Below, one piece after another: positions 39,290-51,545 of a stretch of DNA of 64,000 bases. The DNA lies in the NCBI GenBank assembly GCA_013265495.1, contig MU058844.1, positions 13,352,184 to 13,416,183 on the forward strand, given 5' to 3'. The notes beneath the pieces were generated by a model. The model was not told the origin of the DNA. It worked only from the letters and a program-made list of their open reading frames with translations, and ran no database searches. This DNA is from Vicugna vicugna (taxonomy: Eukaryota). The translations under genes were made by a program, and so were the position numbers. Each line of letters starts with the position of its first letter. Positions within the stretch are counted from its first letter, which is position 1.

Positions 39290-39520
39290 AATCTATTGAG
39301 CACCCACTGTCTGTCTGTCAAGGACTGTACTGGGTGCCTTATATTTACTTTCATTTTAATTCTTCATGAGAATTCTGTAAAGTAGGTGTTCTTCTCTCTG
39401 TTTTATGGATGGAGAAGCTAAAGCTCAGGGAATCTTGTCCAAGGTCACAGATCTAATCACAGTGGACAGCACTGAATTTTAAAGCCAAGTCTGTCTGACT
39501 TTAAAACTCATGCCTTTAAT
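39290..39520 (-). mobile_element. MIR
   Basis: tattgagcaccc...gttttatggatggagaagctaaagctcag...ccaaggtcacag...gtctgtctgact. Confidence 0.75.
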
Positions 39521-40199
39521 GTCAATTTATTACAGTGTGGGTTGTTAATTAGTAAATTACAAAGCAGGATGCAAAGCCATGTCTACCTGACTTGAAAAAA
39601 TCCACGTTCTTGCCACTATATTGTCTTCCCTCTCACTGTGCCATTACTTGGAAAGTACTTGATGAATGAATTTTAAAGTAATTAATTTAAAATAAGTAAA
39701 TATATTTGAAAATAAATTAATGAATTACTAAAGGAAAAAATAAACACTAATGAATTATAGAACTAGTGAATTAAGAATAAGCTACTTTCCTACTGGAGAA
39801 TCATGAGATTGGAATGACGCCCCTTGGTGCAGAAAAACCAACTGCTTTTGCTTAAAGAACAAGGTTAGCTACAAAGGGAAATAAGCCCCAGCAGACAAAT
39901 AGTCACATGCTGCCATGGTGGGAGTCACGAAGTGCCTCTACCACTGAAACCTACACTCTTAATTTAGTTCACTTGCCATGTCATTTCAGAATCTCTAGTC
40001 TATGACTACAGGCCTGAAAAAGCAACAGCTAAAGCCTTGTTGTTTTGAGTTGTCATCCGTAGCAGATCCCAGACCATGGTAATACCAGCTCCAGTGGAAA
40101 GTCTGAACTCAAAAGCCTCTCTGACCCATTGCCTCAGGCTATTTAAATTGCAAAATTAACCAAGTTAGGGGTAGAGGAATATTCAAATGCTAAACTTTC

Positions 40200-40740
40200 A
40201 AGTTATTCACATGCTGTCAGTGTGAGTTATCACAACATGAAAGATAAAGAATGAGCAAAACATGACTCCTTAAGGATTTAATAGTTCAGAAGAAAAGACA
40301 AGTGAACAAATGGGACTCAGGCTGTGAAAGGGGCCTGACTGATGTGTAACTGGGAGGGACTGGATTAGGTAAGACACTTGGGGGAGGTCATGCCTTCACT
40401 GAATTCTGAAGAATGAGTAGGCATGAGTCAAGGGATGGGTGGGGTGGAGGTGGGAGAGAAAGACGTCCTAAGGCAGAGCATATGGGAAGATCTGTAGGGA
40501 GAGGGTCAGAAGCACATTTGGGGACCAGCAAGCAGTTCAATGTGTGTTTGGAGCGTAGAGAGAGAGGGAGAGAGTGGAGACTCTGAAGCTCTGGGGCCAG
40601 GTTAGGGAAGCTGGGCTTTATTATAGAGGATATTTATATTAATCAAGGATGGGACTGAGTTTAGGGAATAAGAGGGGACAAGGGAGCTAGAGAGAAATAG
40701 AAGTCAGGTAGCAGGGAGGCCAGCCTGGAAGAGACTAATA
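40200..40740 (-). mobile_element. L2 fragment
   Basis: ggaggtcatgccttcactgaattctgaagaatgagtagg...gcaagcagttcaatgtg. Confidence 0.6.
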
Positions 40741-41539
40741 ATTTGGAACTGGCTCTGAAGAGACTGGGCACGCACCTTGCTAGACTTCTCATTGTCCCAT
40801 GTGTCACATCCTGGCCTGCAGTGGAAATGAAACTGTAGAATTACAAATGGGGCATTGTTCAACAGCTTTTTATATTTATCTCTCCAGTCAGTCTTAATCA
40901 AGGACTTAATAAGGATAGTTTCTGAACCCCGTTTATTCAGTATCTTCTCCTCTCATTTTTGTCAAGAGTTAGTCTTTGCTGGAAGCTGTGAAGTTGTGCT
41001 CACTTTAGCAGCACACATACTGAAAGTCAAACCATGGAGCTGAGCCAAGGTGAATTCTTTATGGTATGAGCAAGGTTGGAACACCTGAGTCATGTAAGAA
41101 CCACAGGGCAGGTAGGCAACCAGGACACCTCTGTGTTAGCCATGGCATCTTGACAAGAGCTGAATGAAGAATAATTTTACCTTCAGAGGCATATGGCCGT
41201 TGTTTGGGGAGGACAACTCCCCAGGATTCACTAGAACTTTATGGTAAGGAGAGCAATGACGTTCTGGTTACAGATGAAAGGAAACTACTTGGTGCAACCA
41301 TATCTTCTAGGGCAGCAAGGAACAGCAACACAAAAGGGTGGTTTTTGCCAATAAAAGCAAAATACAGTGCAACAAAGCCCCCCCCCCCAGATGATAAGCG
41401 AAGGGGAATGCTATGGACCCATCTTGTATATTTACACCTGATAATTTATCGTTGATATTTTATTCCTTTTGAGTTCCTGTACTGAGAGAAGGTAGTAATT
41501 GGGAACAGGGTTGACTTAATTACACCTGTTACACTTGTA

Positions 41540-41760
41540 TGTATAGCACTTATACTGTGCCCAACGCAGTCCTGAGGATTTTCTATATCAACTCATTTAA
41601 TTCTTTTGTAATCCTGTGAGATAGGTACTGTTTTTATCATCACTTCCAGTTTGCAGATGAAGAAAGTGATGCAGAATAATACATCTGTGATAAAAATAGC
41701 CATTTAGTGGAGTTGAATTTTGAACCCAGGAAGTCTGGCTCCAGAGTCTGTGCTTGAAAC
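41540..41760 (-). mobile_element. MIR
   Basis: aactcatttaattc...cctgtgagataggtactg...tttgaacccaggaagtctggctccagagtctgtgctt. Confidence 0.8.
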
Positions 41761-41761
41761 C

Positions 41762-41950
41762 TGAAGTTTCTCATGTTTTAATGTGAAGTAGGAACACGAA
41801 GAAAGGGTGTTAAAATGCAGAATCCCAGGCAACACTCTTGGAGATTCTGATTTAATATTTCCAGGAGGGACCTGGGTATTTGCGTATTTAACAGGTGCCC
41901 CATATGCTTATGATGTGGTTGTTCCTAAGACCACACTTAGAGAGACACTG
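41762..41950. mobile_element. MER5B-like MITE
   Basis: ttaaaatgcagaatcccagg...gagattctgatt...accacacttagagagacactg. Confidence 0.75.
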
Positions 41951-42085
41951 CTCTGAATCATAACATTAGCCTGTCTCTTGCGACTGTTGTTGAAACATTG
42001 CTTGTCCCCTGCTGTTTCCTGCTATTTCAGCATACTGTTAAATGCAAAGAAAAAAAAAAGCGAAAATAATGACATTTTGAGGATT

Positions 42086-42140
42086 ATCTATCCATCCATC
42101 CGTCCATCTATCCATCCATCCGTCCATCTATCCATCCATC
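42086..42140. repeat. (CCAT)n-derived repeat with a 20-bp higher-order unit
   Basis: ATCTATCCATCCATCCGTCC x2.75. Confidence 0.9.
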
Positions 42141-43509
42141 ATCTATGTATATATGTTACACCACTGTTTCTGTCTATGTATGTAAACTTGTTTGAATGAA
42201 ACAAGTTTTAAGGCAAGTTTTAAAAATTCTACATGATACCAAGTATCTTTTTGGGCTAAATTGTTAGCCATTTGTTTCTATGCACCACAGATCCATTTAG
42301 AAATAAATTTGTGATGACTCCAGGAGGAGAAAATTCTCTGCACTTTTTTACTGGATGCTTTTGTGATCCAAAGGTGTCATTCTTTTATAGTTTCAGTGTT
42401 GGAGTCAGAACTAATGTTTGTTGTGTGTTTGTCATTTTATAATGGCCTTTTAAAGCATGTAGCTGTGTTTTGAGAATGTGATCTGACCTATGACATCTTT
42501 CCATTAATTCAAGAATGTCTAGTGTCTCTTCTGAGTTTTATTGTACTTCTGTTAACACTCCACCATAATTTTTACACAATTATGACAAAAAGATGTGCTG
42601 TCAAAGTAGAGTGAATATTGAATTCAATGCAAAAATGATTAGTTGAAAGGCATTATTTGGATTCTCATTTTTCTATCTGAAATAAGTAAGGTATTATCTA
42701 TTTTTCTTGATCTAAATCTTCATCTAAATGTGGATATTCAGAAGGCATATGTTTTTAAGTTAAGACTAAAATTCACATTCGCTTGATTAAAAAAAGTTCA
42801 AAAAATTATCAAAAATTTATTAATCAAGTAAAAATATTAATCAAAAAAGCATCACCAGTTACAACTGAGCTCTTCAAATTGGTAAAGTTCCCAGACAGCC
42901 TATCCTCTCCCTTAAGGCCAATGCCCCTTGACCTCTAATGAGGGCATCTTTTCTGGACCAACTCCTGCCCGTCTCTTTAACTGTAACTGTCTTAGCTAAA
43001 GAAATGATGTGAGCGATAAGAGGTTTGGCTTGGAAAAAATGGGAGAAGGGCATGAGATTAGCTAGAGACTAGAGCAAAGACACTTAGCAAGGGCAGGAGA
43101 GGCTCAGAGTGCTCAGTGCCCAAGAGGGAGCAGCAATCAGGGAGGAGAAGGAAAGGGAGGAACTTTACATGATTGAAATGTGAATTTCTTTCTACCTTCT
43201 CCTTTTATTCTCCAGTGGACTCACAATCCCATGTTGTAATCAGTCTCTTCTCAGAGGTGGCTTTTCTCGTACTGCCTTCCTCTACGTGACCCTGCTCCAG
43301 AAATTTCTGCACTTCTGGGCCTAATCATTGTAGAGGGACACTCAGTTTCCCCTGTTTTCCAGCCAAAGCTTTGTACTGTCTGGGTATCCTGGGTGGATCC
43401 AACCTAACTCATAAACTTTCCTGTAAGGATACAATTATTTTTTATTTGTTCCTCCTCCTTATATTGAGGGCGTGTGGTTGAAATCAACACTTTCCAAAAA
43501 GAAGTAATT

Positions 43510-44953
43510 GACTTCTGCTCTGGCCAAGGTGGAGAAGCTAGGGCCACGTTTACCCTTCACCCTAAAACACAAGAAAAAAAAGCAGACAAAACATTTGAAA
43601 CAAAGGTTATCAAGACATTGGAGGTCAGGCAAATTGAGGACAGTGAAACCTGTGAGAGGGGGATTAAACAAGGTAAGCTCTAAAATTGCCCCAACTTCTG
43701 ACTTTGAATGAGTTTTCAGATTGCTGTGTAGGGAGGGGAATGCCAGGCGGGGCCCATGGCTCCTGTGAGTTGAGGAAATGGAGCTGAGAGGCTGGAGAGA
43801 CAAAGGCAGGGCTTGCAGACCAGAGTTTTGGAGAGGAGAAGCTGAGAGCAGAGAAGCTCAGAGGACTGCTGAGCTTTAAGTTTTAAGCAGAAAGTTGATG
43901 AGCACATGTGTGTGAGAAAACAGCTCTCGGCTGTGAAAGAACTTTCCAGAAAGATTAGAAGGAAATTTCTAGGAGCTCACATAGGACTGGGGAGAGCGTC
44001 TGTTCCCACCAGCCACATTGGAAAACATAATTCATAGCACACTGGAGTAGAGTATTTAGAAAGATACTGTCTCTGTGGTGGGGTATAATTAACCCTAGAC
44101 TAAATGCTCCTCTGGTCTTACCTAGTAAATCTTGAAAACAGGACTTAAAAGTATCAAACTGTTTCCAAGTAATGTAACTCTGTCTCAGAACAAAACTCAA
44201 AAATATTTTTAAGAATGCAAAAATATCCAGCACACATTGTGGTAAAATTCAAAATGTCTGATGTCTATTAATTGATGTATAAAAGTATCCAAAAAGGAAG
44301 ATAAAGACAAAAAGAATTAAAAAGTAAATAAAGCATCAGAGAACCATGAGGCAACTTCCAGAAGCTAAAAATATACATCATTCACCTACTAGAATAGCTA
44401 AAGTTAAAAAGACTGAGTATGCTGAATGTTGGCAGTTTCTTAAAAAGCTATATGATCCAGCCATTTCACGCCTAGGTATTTGCCAAGAGAAACGAGGTCC
44501 TGTGTCCACACAAAGACTTGTTCATAAATGTTTATAGAAGCTTTATCTGGAGTAGCTCAAACTGGAAACATCCCAAATGTCCATCAGCAGGTGAATGGAT
44601 GCTACATGCATCCACTTCTTTGGTGTTTCCTAAGATAGACACCATTCGTGAATAAACAGGACAGGAGCTGGACAAAAAGAGTATGATTCCATTTATTTAA
44701 AATTCTGTAGTGACAGGAAGCAAATCAGTGGCTGCCTGAGTGCAGGGCAAAGGTAAGGGTGGCAGGTAAGGGTGATAGGGAAGGATTAAAGAGGGGTGTA
44801 GGAAATTTTGGGGTAATGTATATACTTCTTTATTGATTGTATTGATGGTTTTGTGGGTATATACATATATCAAAATTTAACAAATTATACGGTTCAAATA
44901 TGTGCCATTTATTGTGTATCAGTAATACATATTAATCAAACTATTTTTAAAAA
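43510..44953 (+). mobile_element. Ancient L1 (L1MD-like) with both termini and large internal deletions
   Basis: 5' start gacttctgctctggccaaggtggag; 5' UTR to ~44270; ORF1-like piece ~44280-44375; ORF2 end and 3' UTR ~44376-44953. Confidence 0.75.
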
Positions 44954-45994
44954 TTACTTTTTCCAAACTGTGAACCATTTATCTTATATAGAAGACTCTA
45001 GAATCACTTAAAAAGAAGATAAAATGGGAAATGTTTTTTTCCTCAAGAATTGGTAAAAGAGGCCTTTCTTTCAAATTTAAGCACCTTGTCTAGAACCTGG
45101 ACCTTGGAGAGCTGAGAAGGGACCAGAGGCATGGTCTCAAGGCCGTGCCAGCTTAGGCTGACCACTGGGATGGTACCCAGGAGACAGTCTCAGAGGGTAC
45201 AGAACTGAGCAAACGTGCCAGGAGTGGGGAGACAAGAGGAGACCATAGAAGAAGGGCTGTGATCCCTAGAGGAGCATCAGTCAAGAAGCCACATGGGAAG
45301 GGCTAGACGAGTCTGAAGGTCAGTGAGAGAAGACCAAGGGGCCGAATGAGATTAATCAGAGGTGAAAAGAGTCAAATGCAGGCCCAGACCAAAGGGGGAG
45401 CTTCTGATGAGTCACCCTGTTGGACTTCCTCTGGCAAATGTTTAATGAGTTTTGCTGCTGGTATGAGGCAAACCTCAAAGCAAAAGAAATGCACTCATTC
45501 AACTGTTGCAAGACATTACATAATTAATAGAAATCATTTTCTTGTATAGGTTATGGCCACACCCAGGTTAAAACCCTTGATGAATGTGGTGGGAAAGAAA
45601 AGGAATCTAAAATTTTTTTAAACATCAGTGGAAGAAGGCACACGGAAAATGTGTTTTCAGGACTACCACAGGGTCCCAACAAGGTATTTCCATTGGTCTG
45701 GGCTATGAAATAGAAGCGTTTTTCATCTACATTTGTTGGCACTTGGCAGAGGTGTGCAGTGAGGTGTGATAAAGATTTCATTAGTAATTTGCATAGCATT
45801 TTAGAATTCATAAAATTCTTTCACATGTGTTTTATCTTGCTCACGCAGGGATCCCATTTTCTATTAGAGTGATTAATTACCACACTGATAAAGATTAAAG
45901 TCATTAATATATACCAAATAACTTGTGCAGTGAATTTCAGGGTAGGCAGAATAACAAGAAAGATTCATCCTGGGCCATTAGCTAGGTTTAGAAA

Positions 45995-46420
45995 TCATCA
46001 AAACAGAACTTTTAGTAAAGAACTTAAGAAATAATTAATCCTGCATTGCCCAATACAGCAACCACCAGCCTCATGTTTGTTTTAAATTTAAAATGATTAA
46101 AATTAAATAAAATTAAAAATTCAGTTCTTCAGCATAGTACCCACATTTCATGTGTTGTTCAGTATGGCTAGTGGCTACCATGTTGGATAGCACAACTCTA
46201 TAAAATCTTCTTGGCAGAAAGTTCTATTGAACAGTACTGATCTAGACAAATTCCTTCTCATTTTCAGTGGCTGAAACACATTTGTGAAATGGAATTTAAT
46301 TTTAGAGCTGAGGAATTTGAGGCCCAGAGAGGTTATATGATTTTCACAAAGTCACACAAGAGATGAACCCAAATCTCCTGACTTCTGTGTGGGTTATCAT
46401 TTCAATACCTCACACCACCA
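45995..46420 (-). mobile_element. MIR3-like SINE interrupted by MER3
   Basis: atcatcaaaacagaac...aacttaaga | tctagacaaattccttctcattt...gaggcccagagaggttatatga...gtcacaca. Confidence 0.6.
46041..46239 (-). mobile_element. MER3 (hAT-Charlie)
   Basis: aattaaataaaattaaaaattcagttc...tggctagtggctacca...gcagaaagttctattgaacagtactg. Confidence 0.85.
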
Positions 46421-47867
46421 CACTTTTACTTGTATGTCTGCTCTTGATTAAGAGAGGGTTGGATACTCCAAAATAGCAAGTAATCAAACAATCATTTACT
46501 TTTTTATTTGTGTTCTACACTTATATTTGAAGTTTGGCAGAGCTAAAGTCCAGAAATTTCTCTTCTAACAAAACAATGATGTCACACTATAAAGACACAA
46601 GCCACTCTACTCCATGCTGGGACTAGACAGTTTGTTCTTAGGTCAACAGCAAAATAGGCAGAGCTGCCCCTCTTAAAACATTCCTGGAGCGCCAGGTGGT
46701 AAAGAGCCCGGATTTTCAAAGGTTGCTCAGCAGGGCTTTGAAAATTAAAGAGAGCCTGGATGAGATGTGGGGAAAGCATGCAATTACATTTGAGAAGGTG
46801 CAACCTTTCAACTGGGTGAATTCTTGATGAGACAGCAAAGTGAGTCATTAAACAGTAGGTTGTCAATGAAGTTGAGACCCAGATTTTCCTTGGATAAGCT
46901 GCCATGCCAATAATTTAACCACCCAAAGAAACCACGGGAGCACCCTTGGTAAATTCTTGAACCTGTTTTTATTAGAGGCTCACATCCTTATTTTTTCTGA
47001 AAATAGTAGGGAAAGGAGTAAATGTATATTGAAGAGTTGCTAATGAAATTCAAAGGCACTTTAGAAAAACAACTCATTATGGAGAGTCATTTTGGAAGGT
47101 CGATGCTTTACAGCCCCTTTATTGGCCTCAGTGAAAAACGATCACTTCCGCACTTGAATTTTGGTAAAAGTTGTTTTTCCTGGACCACTGTTAAATTTCA
47201 TCCAGCTTTTGGCAGCAGTTGCCTTCCTGGACCCTGCTGGAGTGCTGGCGGGCACGTTACATCTTCCACGGCACAACAACTGTTCTATCAAATTCTGGGA
47301 GAGCAGCCTATTTTTGTTACCAGACGCTAGGGGATGCGTGACATGTCATTAACCTTCAAAACTGGCTCAGCACAAGAGTATTGTCAACAGATGGTGACTC
47401 TGATTCTCTCTCTCTCCTCTCCCTGCCTGCCTCCCCCATCCCCAGGATATCTTCTGGCACAAAACGCTCACTGGTTTCAAAGGGAAATGTGTGTGTATGT
47501 GTGTGTGTGTAAAGCAGACATTGTGGAATGTGAAACAAAGACTGAAACAAGCTTTCTTATATTTGTAATTGAGGCTTATAGAAATTAAATGGCATAATAA
47601 GCCATCAACAGTGTTCATCTGTAAAGTCAGGCTAACTGATGAAATGAACGCCCACACTGAGTACAGGCTGGTGAATGTCAGGGAGGAATGGCTTGGGTAC
47701 CAGGTAGAAGAGCTGAAAGCCAGCAATGGACTTAGAATTTGGGTCTAGCCATTTAACTTTCAAAGCTCTCATTCTGCCTTTTTAATTTTTATCAGTAGCA
47801 ATCAATAGTAATTAGGATATTAATTATCAACCAACCCCCAAAATATCCTTGAAAAGAGGAAGTTGAT

Positions 47868-48060
47868 CGATTCATTCAGCAATATGTATAGCATGTTTAC
47901 AATATACCAAGCACTATGCTAGGCTCTAGGGATAAAACAAGAAAGAAACCGAAGTGCCTGCTTGGAGGAGAAAAACTAGGCAACAGAGGACTGCAATACA
48001 GCTCTGACAACTTCCCATGGAAATACACAGGAGGAAGGCAGAGGTCTGCAACCAATGGGC
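47868..48060 (-). mobile_element. L2 3' end
   Basis: ttcattcagcaatatgtatagc...accaagcactatgctaggctctagggata. Confidence 0.7.
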
Positions 48061-48142
48061 ACAAGGATGCCATGGGATGCAGTTCTAGAGGGAATTTAAG
48101 AAAACATGTAAATGTGTCACATCTTCCCAATGCATCAGTTTT

Positions 48143-48846
48143 ATTTATTTTTTTAAACATTTTTTTATTGAGTTATAGTCATTTTACAATATTGTGTCAA
48201 ATTCCAGTGTAGAGCACAATTTTTCAGTTATACATGAACATACATACATTCATTGTCACATTCTCTTTTGCCGTGAACCACCACAAGATTCTGTATATAT
48301 TTCCCTGTGCTAACACAGTACAATCTTGTTTATCTATTCTACGTTTTGAAATCCCAGTCCTGTCCCACCCGCTGCCCTCTGGCAACCACAAGTTTGTATT
48401 CTATGTCTATGAGTCTGTTTCTGTTTTGTATTAATGTTTTTTTTGGTTTGGTTTGGTTTGGTTTTAGATTCCGCATATAAGCGATCTCATATGGTATTTT
48501 TCTTTCTCTTTCTGGCTTACTTCACTTAGAATGACATTCTCCAGGAGCATCCATGTTGTTGCAAATTGTGTTATTTTATTATTTTTTAATGGCTGAGTAG
48601 TATTCCATTGTATAAATATACCACATCTTCTTTATCCAGTCATCTGTTGTTGGGCATTTAGGCTGTTTCCACATCTTGGCTATTGTAAATAGTGCTGCTA
48701 TGAACATTGGGGTGCAGGTGTCATTTTGAAATAGGGTTCATTCTGGATTTATGCCCAGGAGCAGGATTCCTGGGTCATATGATAAGTCTATTCTTAGTCT
48801 TTTGAGGAATCTCCATACTGTTTTCCACAGTGGCTGCACCAAACTG
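48143..48846 (-). mobile_element. Young camelid-type 5'-truncated L1 with perfect TSD
   Basis: CCAATGCATCAGTTTT(ATTT) at 48127 and 48847; T-rich tail; ttttattgagttatagtcattttacaat 3' UTR. Confidence 0.95.
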
Positions 48847-49254
48847 CCAATGCATCAGTTTTATTTGATTGGACCAATAAACCATCTATCTTAAAATAAA
48901 ACATGAGTTAAAAAGTAGAAATAAATTTTCACATAAACGTCTTTCATTTAGCCCAGTAACTGGTTCATTCTCCATTCTCCTAATGAAGACTTTTAAAAAT
49001 TTTGACATCACTCGCCTAGCACACGATTATTTGCTTTTTGAACAGGAGTCACTGAAGCCCTCATGGGCCCTTTAGTGCCACTTTGCCCTCAGGGTTAGGA
49101 GTATCCAGCATCACACTCTTTCACATTCATCCAGCACTGGAAGTGCATTTAAATAGTCATTCAGTGGACTCTGCATCTCACAGTAAACCAGTGTGCCACA
49201 CTCACAGAAGAGAGGAGGAGAGTGATGCTGTATAAGATTCATGCAAGATTAGTC

Positions 49255-49362
49255 CATTCCAGTGATGTTTTCAAAGTCACAGAGCTGGGAAGTGACAGGA
49301 TCAGACTTAAGGGTTTTCTGACCCCAAATCCATTGTTCTTTCTACTAAATCATACTGCCTCT
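49255..49362 (-). mobile_element. MIR fragment
   Basis: gtcacagagctgggaagtgacag...ctgaccccaaatccattgttctttctact...actgcct. Confidence 0.65.
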
Positions 49363-50719
49363 CTACTCAGTAATTAAAGATGACAAGACCTTGATCGAGG
49401 AGCTGTAGCCTTTTTGTGGCTCATATCCACTTTCTTGCTATCTCTTTGCAAATGGAGAGTAAACATGAGGAGGATAGACCTTGGATGATGTTGACGTGAA
49501 GGTCTTGAGAGGCTGGGTGAGACAGAACACTCCACTTAATATCTGGGAACACTTAGGAAAAACGGCGAGGAAATTGATGAAGGAGGGGCTTAGTCAGAGG
49601 GAGGATAGTGGTGACACTTTAGAGGATCTAGCGTGAAATATTTCAGGCTCTGTTGCTGGACTTTGGTTCACTGGTTAGACGACCTTGACGCACATTGTAG
49701 TTCTTGTTCTCCCGCTGATGGCTCGTGACCTTGGCCATGCTGTTTCGACTTTTCCATCCATCAAAACTAAAGTACAATACCATATAAATTAGCCAGCATT
49801 GCTGACATTTTGGAAGAATATAGCATCAGGAAAACATGTAAAATTCCCTATTTTAAATTAGGTAATCTGGAAGTATCATGGGCCCTGTGGATGCTGACTG
49901 AAAAACAAAACAAAGGAGGCTGAGACGTATTACTGGGCAATGCTGAATTTCTGATTTGCTTACACATATTTGACATGTACCTCTGTCATCAGATTAAACA
50001 AGGCATTTGCTTGTAATAATTGCAGACTTGATTAAAATCATAAACTCTTAAAATTTAGGATTTACAATGTAAATGGCTGAGACTAAGAAGGGACAAACTA
50101 AAGAAGCCACAGTATGCCTGCCAATTATTGTTGGCAGGAAATGGGATGACTCATCCTGAACATGTGCTTTCATTGCCTGGGACAGTGGGGCATGGTGAAA
50201 ATGTCCAGCTGATTGACTATTGTGGACATTTTTGTCATTCAGTGTGTAGGAGACCGTCGAAACGCAACCACAGGCTAGTAGGAATGCCAAAGGGACCCAA
50301 TGCTTTCATGTGAGAAAACTGATGATAAACATTTGGAAAATGACATGGATGGTTTGAAAATAATTAACAGATGTGCCGTGTACTAAAGGAGACTATGTGT
50401 GATAGGTCCCAGGGAAGGAGAGGTGGAGAAATGCCAGAATTTAGGAAGGAAAAGTAATATTGTCAATGGAAAGCATTTACCCTTTACCAAGAGGGAGGAA
50501 ATAAGGCAAGTTGCTAGGGAGAAATAAACAAATGTATTTTGGTTGCAGGAGGATAGGGACATTTCTGAAGTTTTTCCTTCTCCCTGATAGGGTATCATCT
50601 CCTGTCTGGTACCTCATCCTGTAAAAATATCTGACGAATAGAGAGGAAAAGAGGTATTAACTTGGTTTAACCTCCATGAACTGGCCCAGAGTTAGTGAGA
50701 AACTTAAAAGGACTTGTAG

Positions 50720-51332
50720 ACATGTGTGGGGATAGGGCGGTATCTGGGAAATCTCTGTACCTTCCACTCAATATTGCTGCTGTCAACTGAAATAAAATAC
50801 ACAACCTAAAAGTTGAGAGTTATGTTTTATTTGGTGGACTTTCTGAGGACTCAGCCTGGGATGAAGCCTCTCTAAGGGCCCGCTCTGAAGAGGTAGGGGA
50901 GGAGCCAGGAAATATAGGGGTTTTTATGACAAAGACCAGGTAGTCAGAACATCAAAAGATTACTGTTAATTAAAGAAAAACCAGACATCTCAAGTTAAAG
51001 AATTTAGCATTTTTCTATATATGGGAAGGTGCAAAGATTTGGGCTCATTGAAATCATTCCTTTGATATGCACCTGGCTGTCTAGGGCCAGTGTCCTGTTC
51101 TTTTACATCCTGAGTTCCCTCAGGAGGCACCATCAGGGGTGGCTGTAGAGGCAGGGCTGCCTGCTTGTCTGCACCCTGAGTTTCCTCCGCTCACTGTCGG
51201 GGGTGGAGGTGGCGGTGGCGGCTGATGACTTGATGGCTGCAGCATCCTTTGTTTACTGATACGGTTGGCAGTATTTTCATTCACATTGCAAAACTAAAAC
51301 AGCTCTAAAAAAAAAAAAGCCTATTAAAAAAA
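50720..51332 (+). mobile_element. L1MC1-like 3' tail split by an LTR
   Basis: gggaaatctctgtaccttccactcaatattgctgc | LTR | aaactaaaacagctctaaaa...ctattaaaaa. Confidence 0.8.
50781..51285 (-). mobile_element. ERV1 solo LTR (MER41-like cetartiodactyl family, name recalled)
   Basis: TG...CA termini; 4-bp flanks CTGC/TTGC; minus-strand AATAAA near 50827; imperfect internal tandem duplication. Confidence 0.85.
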
Positions 51333-51409
51333 GGGGTGGGGGGTGCTGGGGTTGTTGGCAAAGTCTGTGATTAAGGCAATCCTGGTTTGGCCAGAGGACA
51401 TTCACTGAA

Positions 51410-51545
51410 GCTCAGGTTTTGTTCCTAACCGGTTCTGTAACCTGAGGGAAGTTTGCCTTTCTGGGCCTGTGTTCCTGTATCTATTAACGAGAAGTTCCCT
51501 AAGATTATCCTCAAGGACTTTTCCAGCTGGAAAATGCTGTGATTC
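51410..51545 (+). mobile_element. MIR3-like SINE
   Basis: ctgtaacctgagggaagtt...ctgggcctgtgttcc...aaggacttttccagctggaaaatgctgtgattc. Confidence 0.55.

Noticed and set aside
42086..42140. CRISPR-like or minisatellite array
   Set aside because: No spacers; it is a microsatellite-derived higher-order repeat in eukaryotic DNA.
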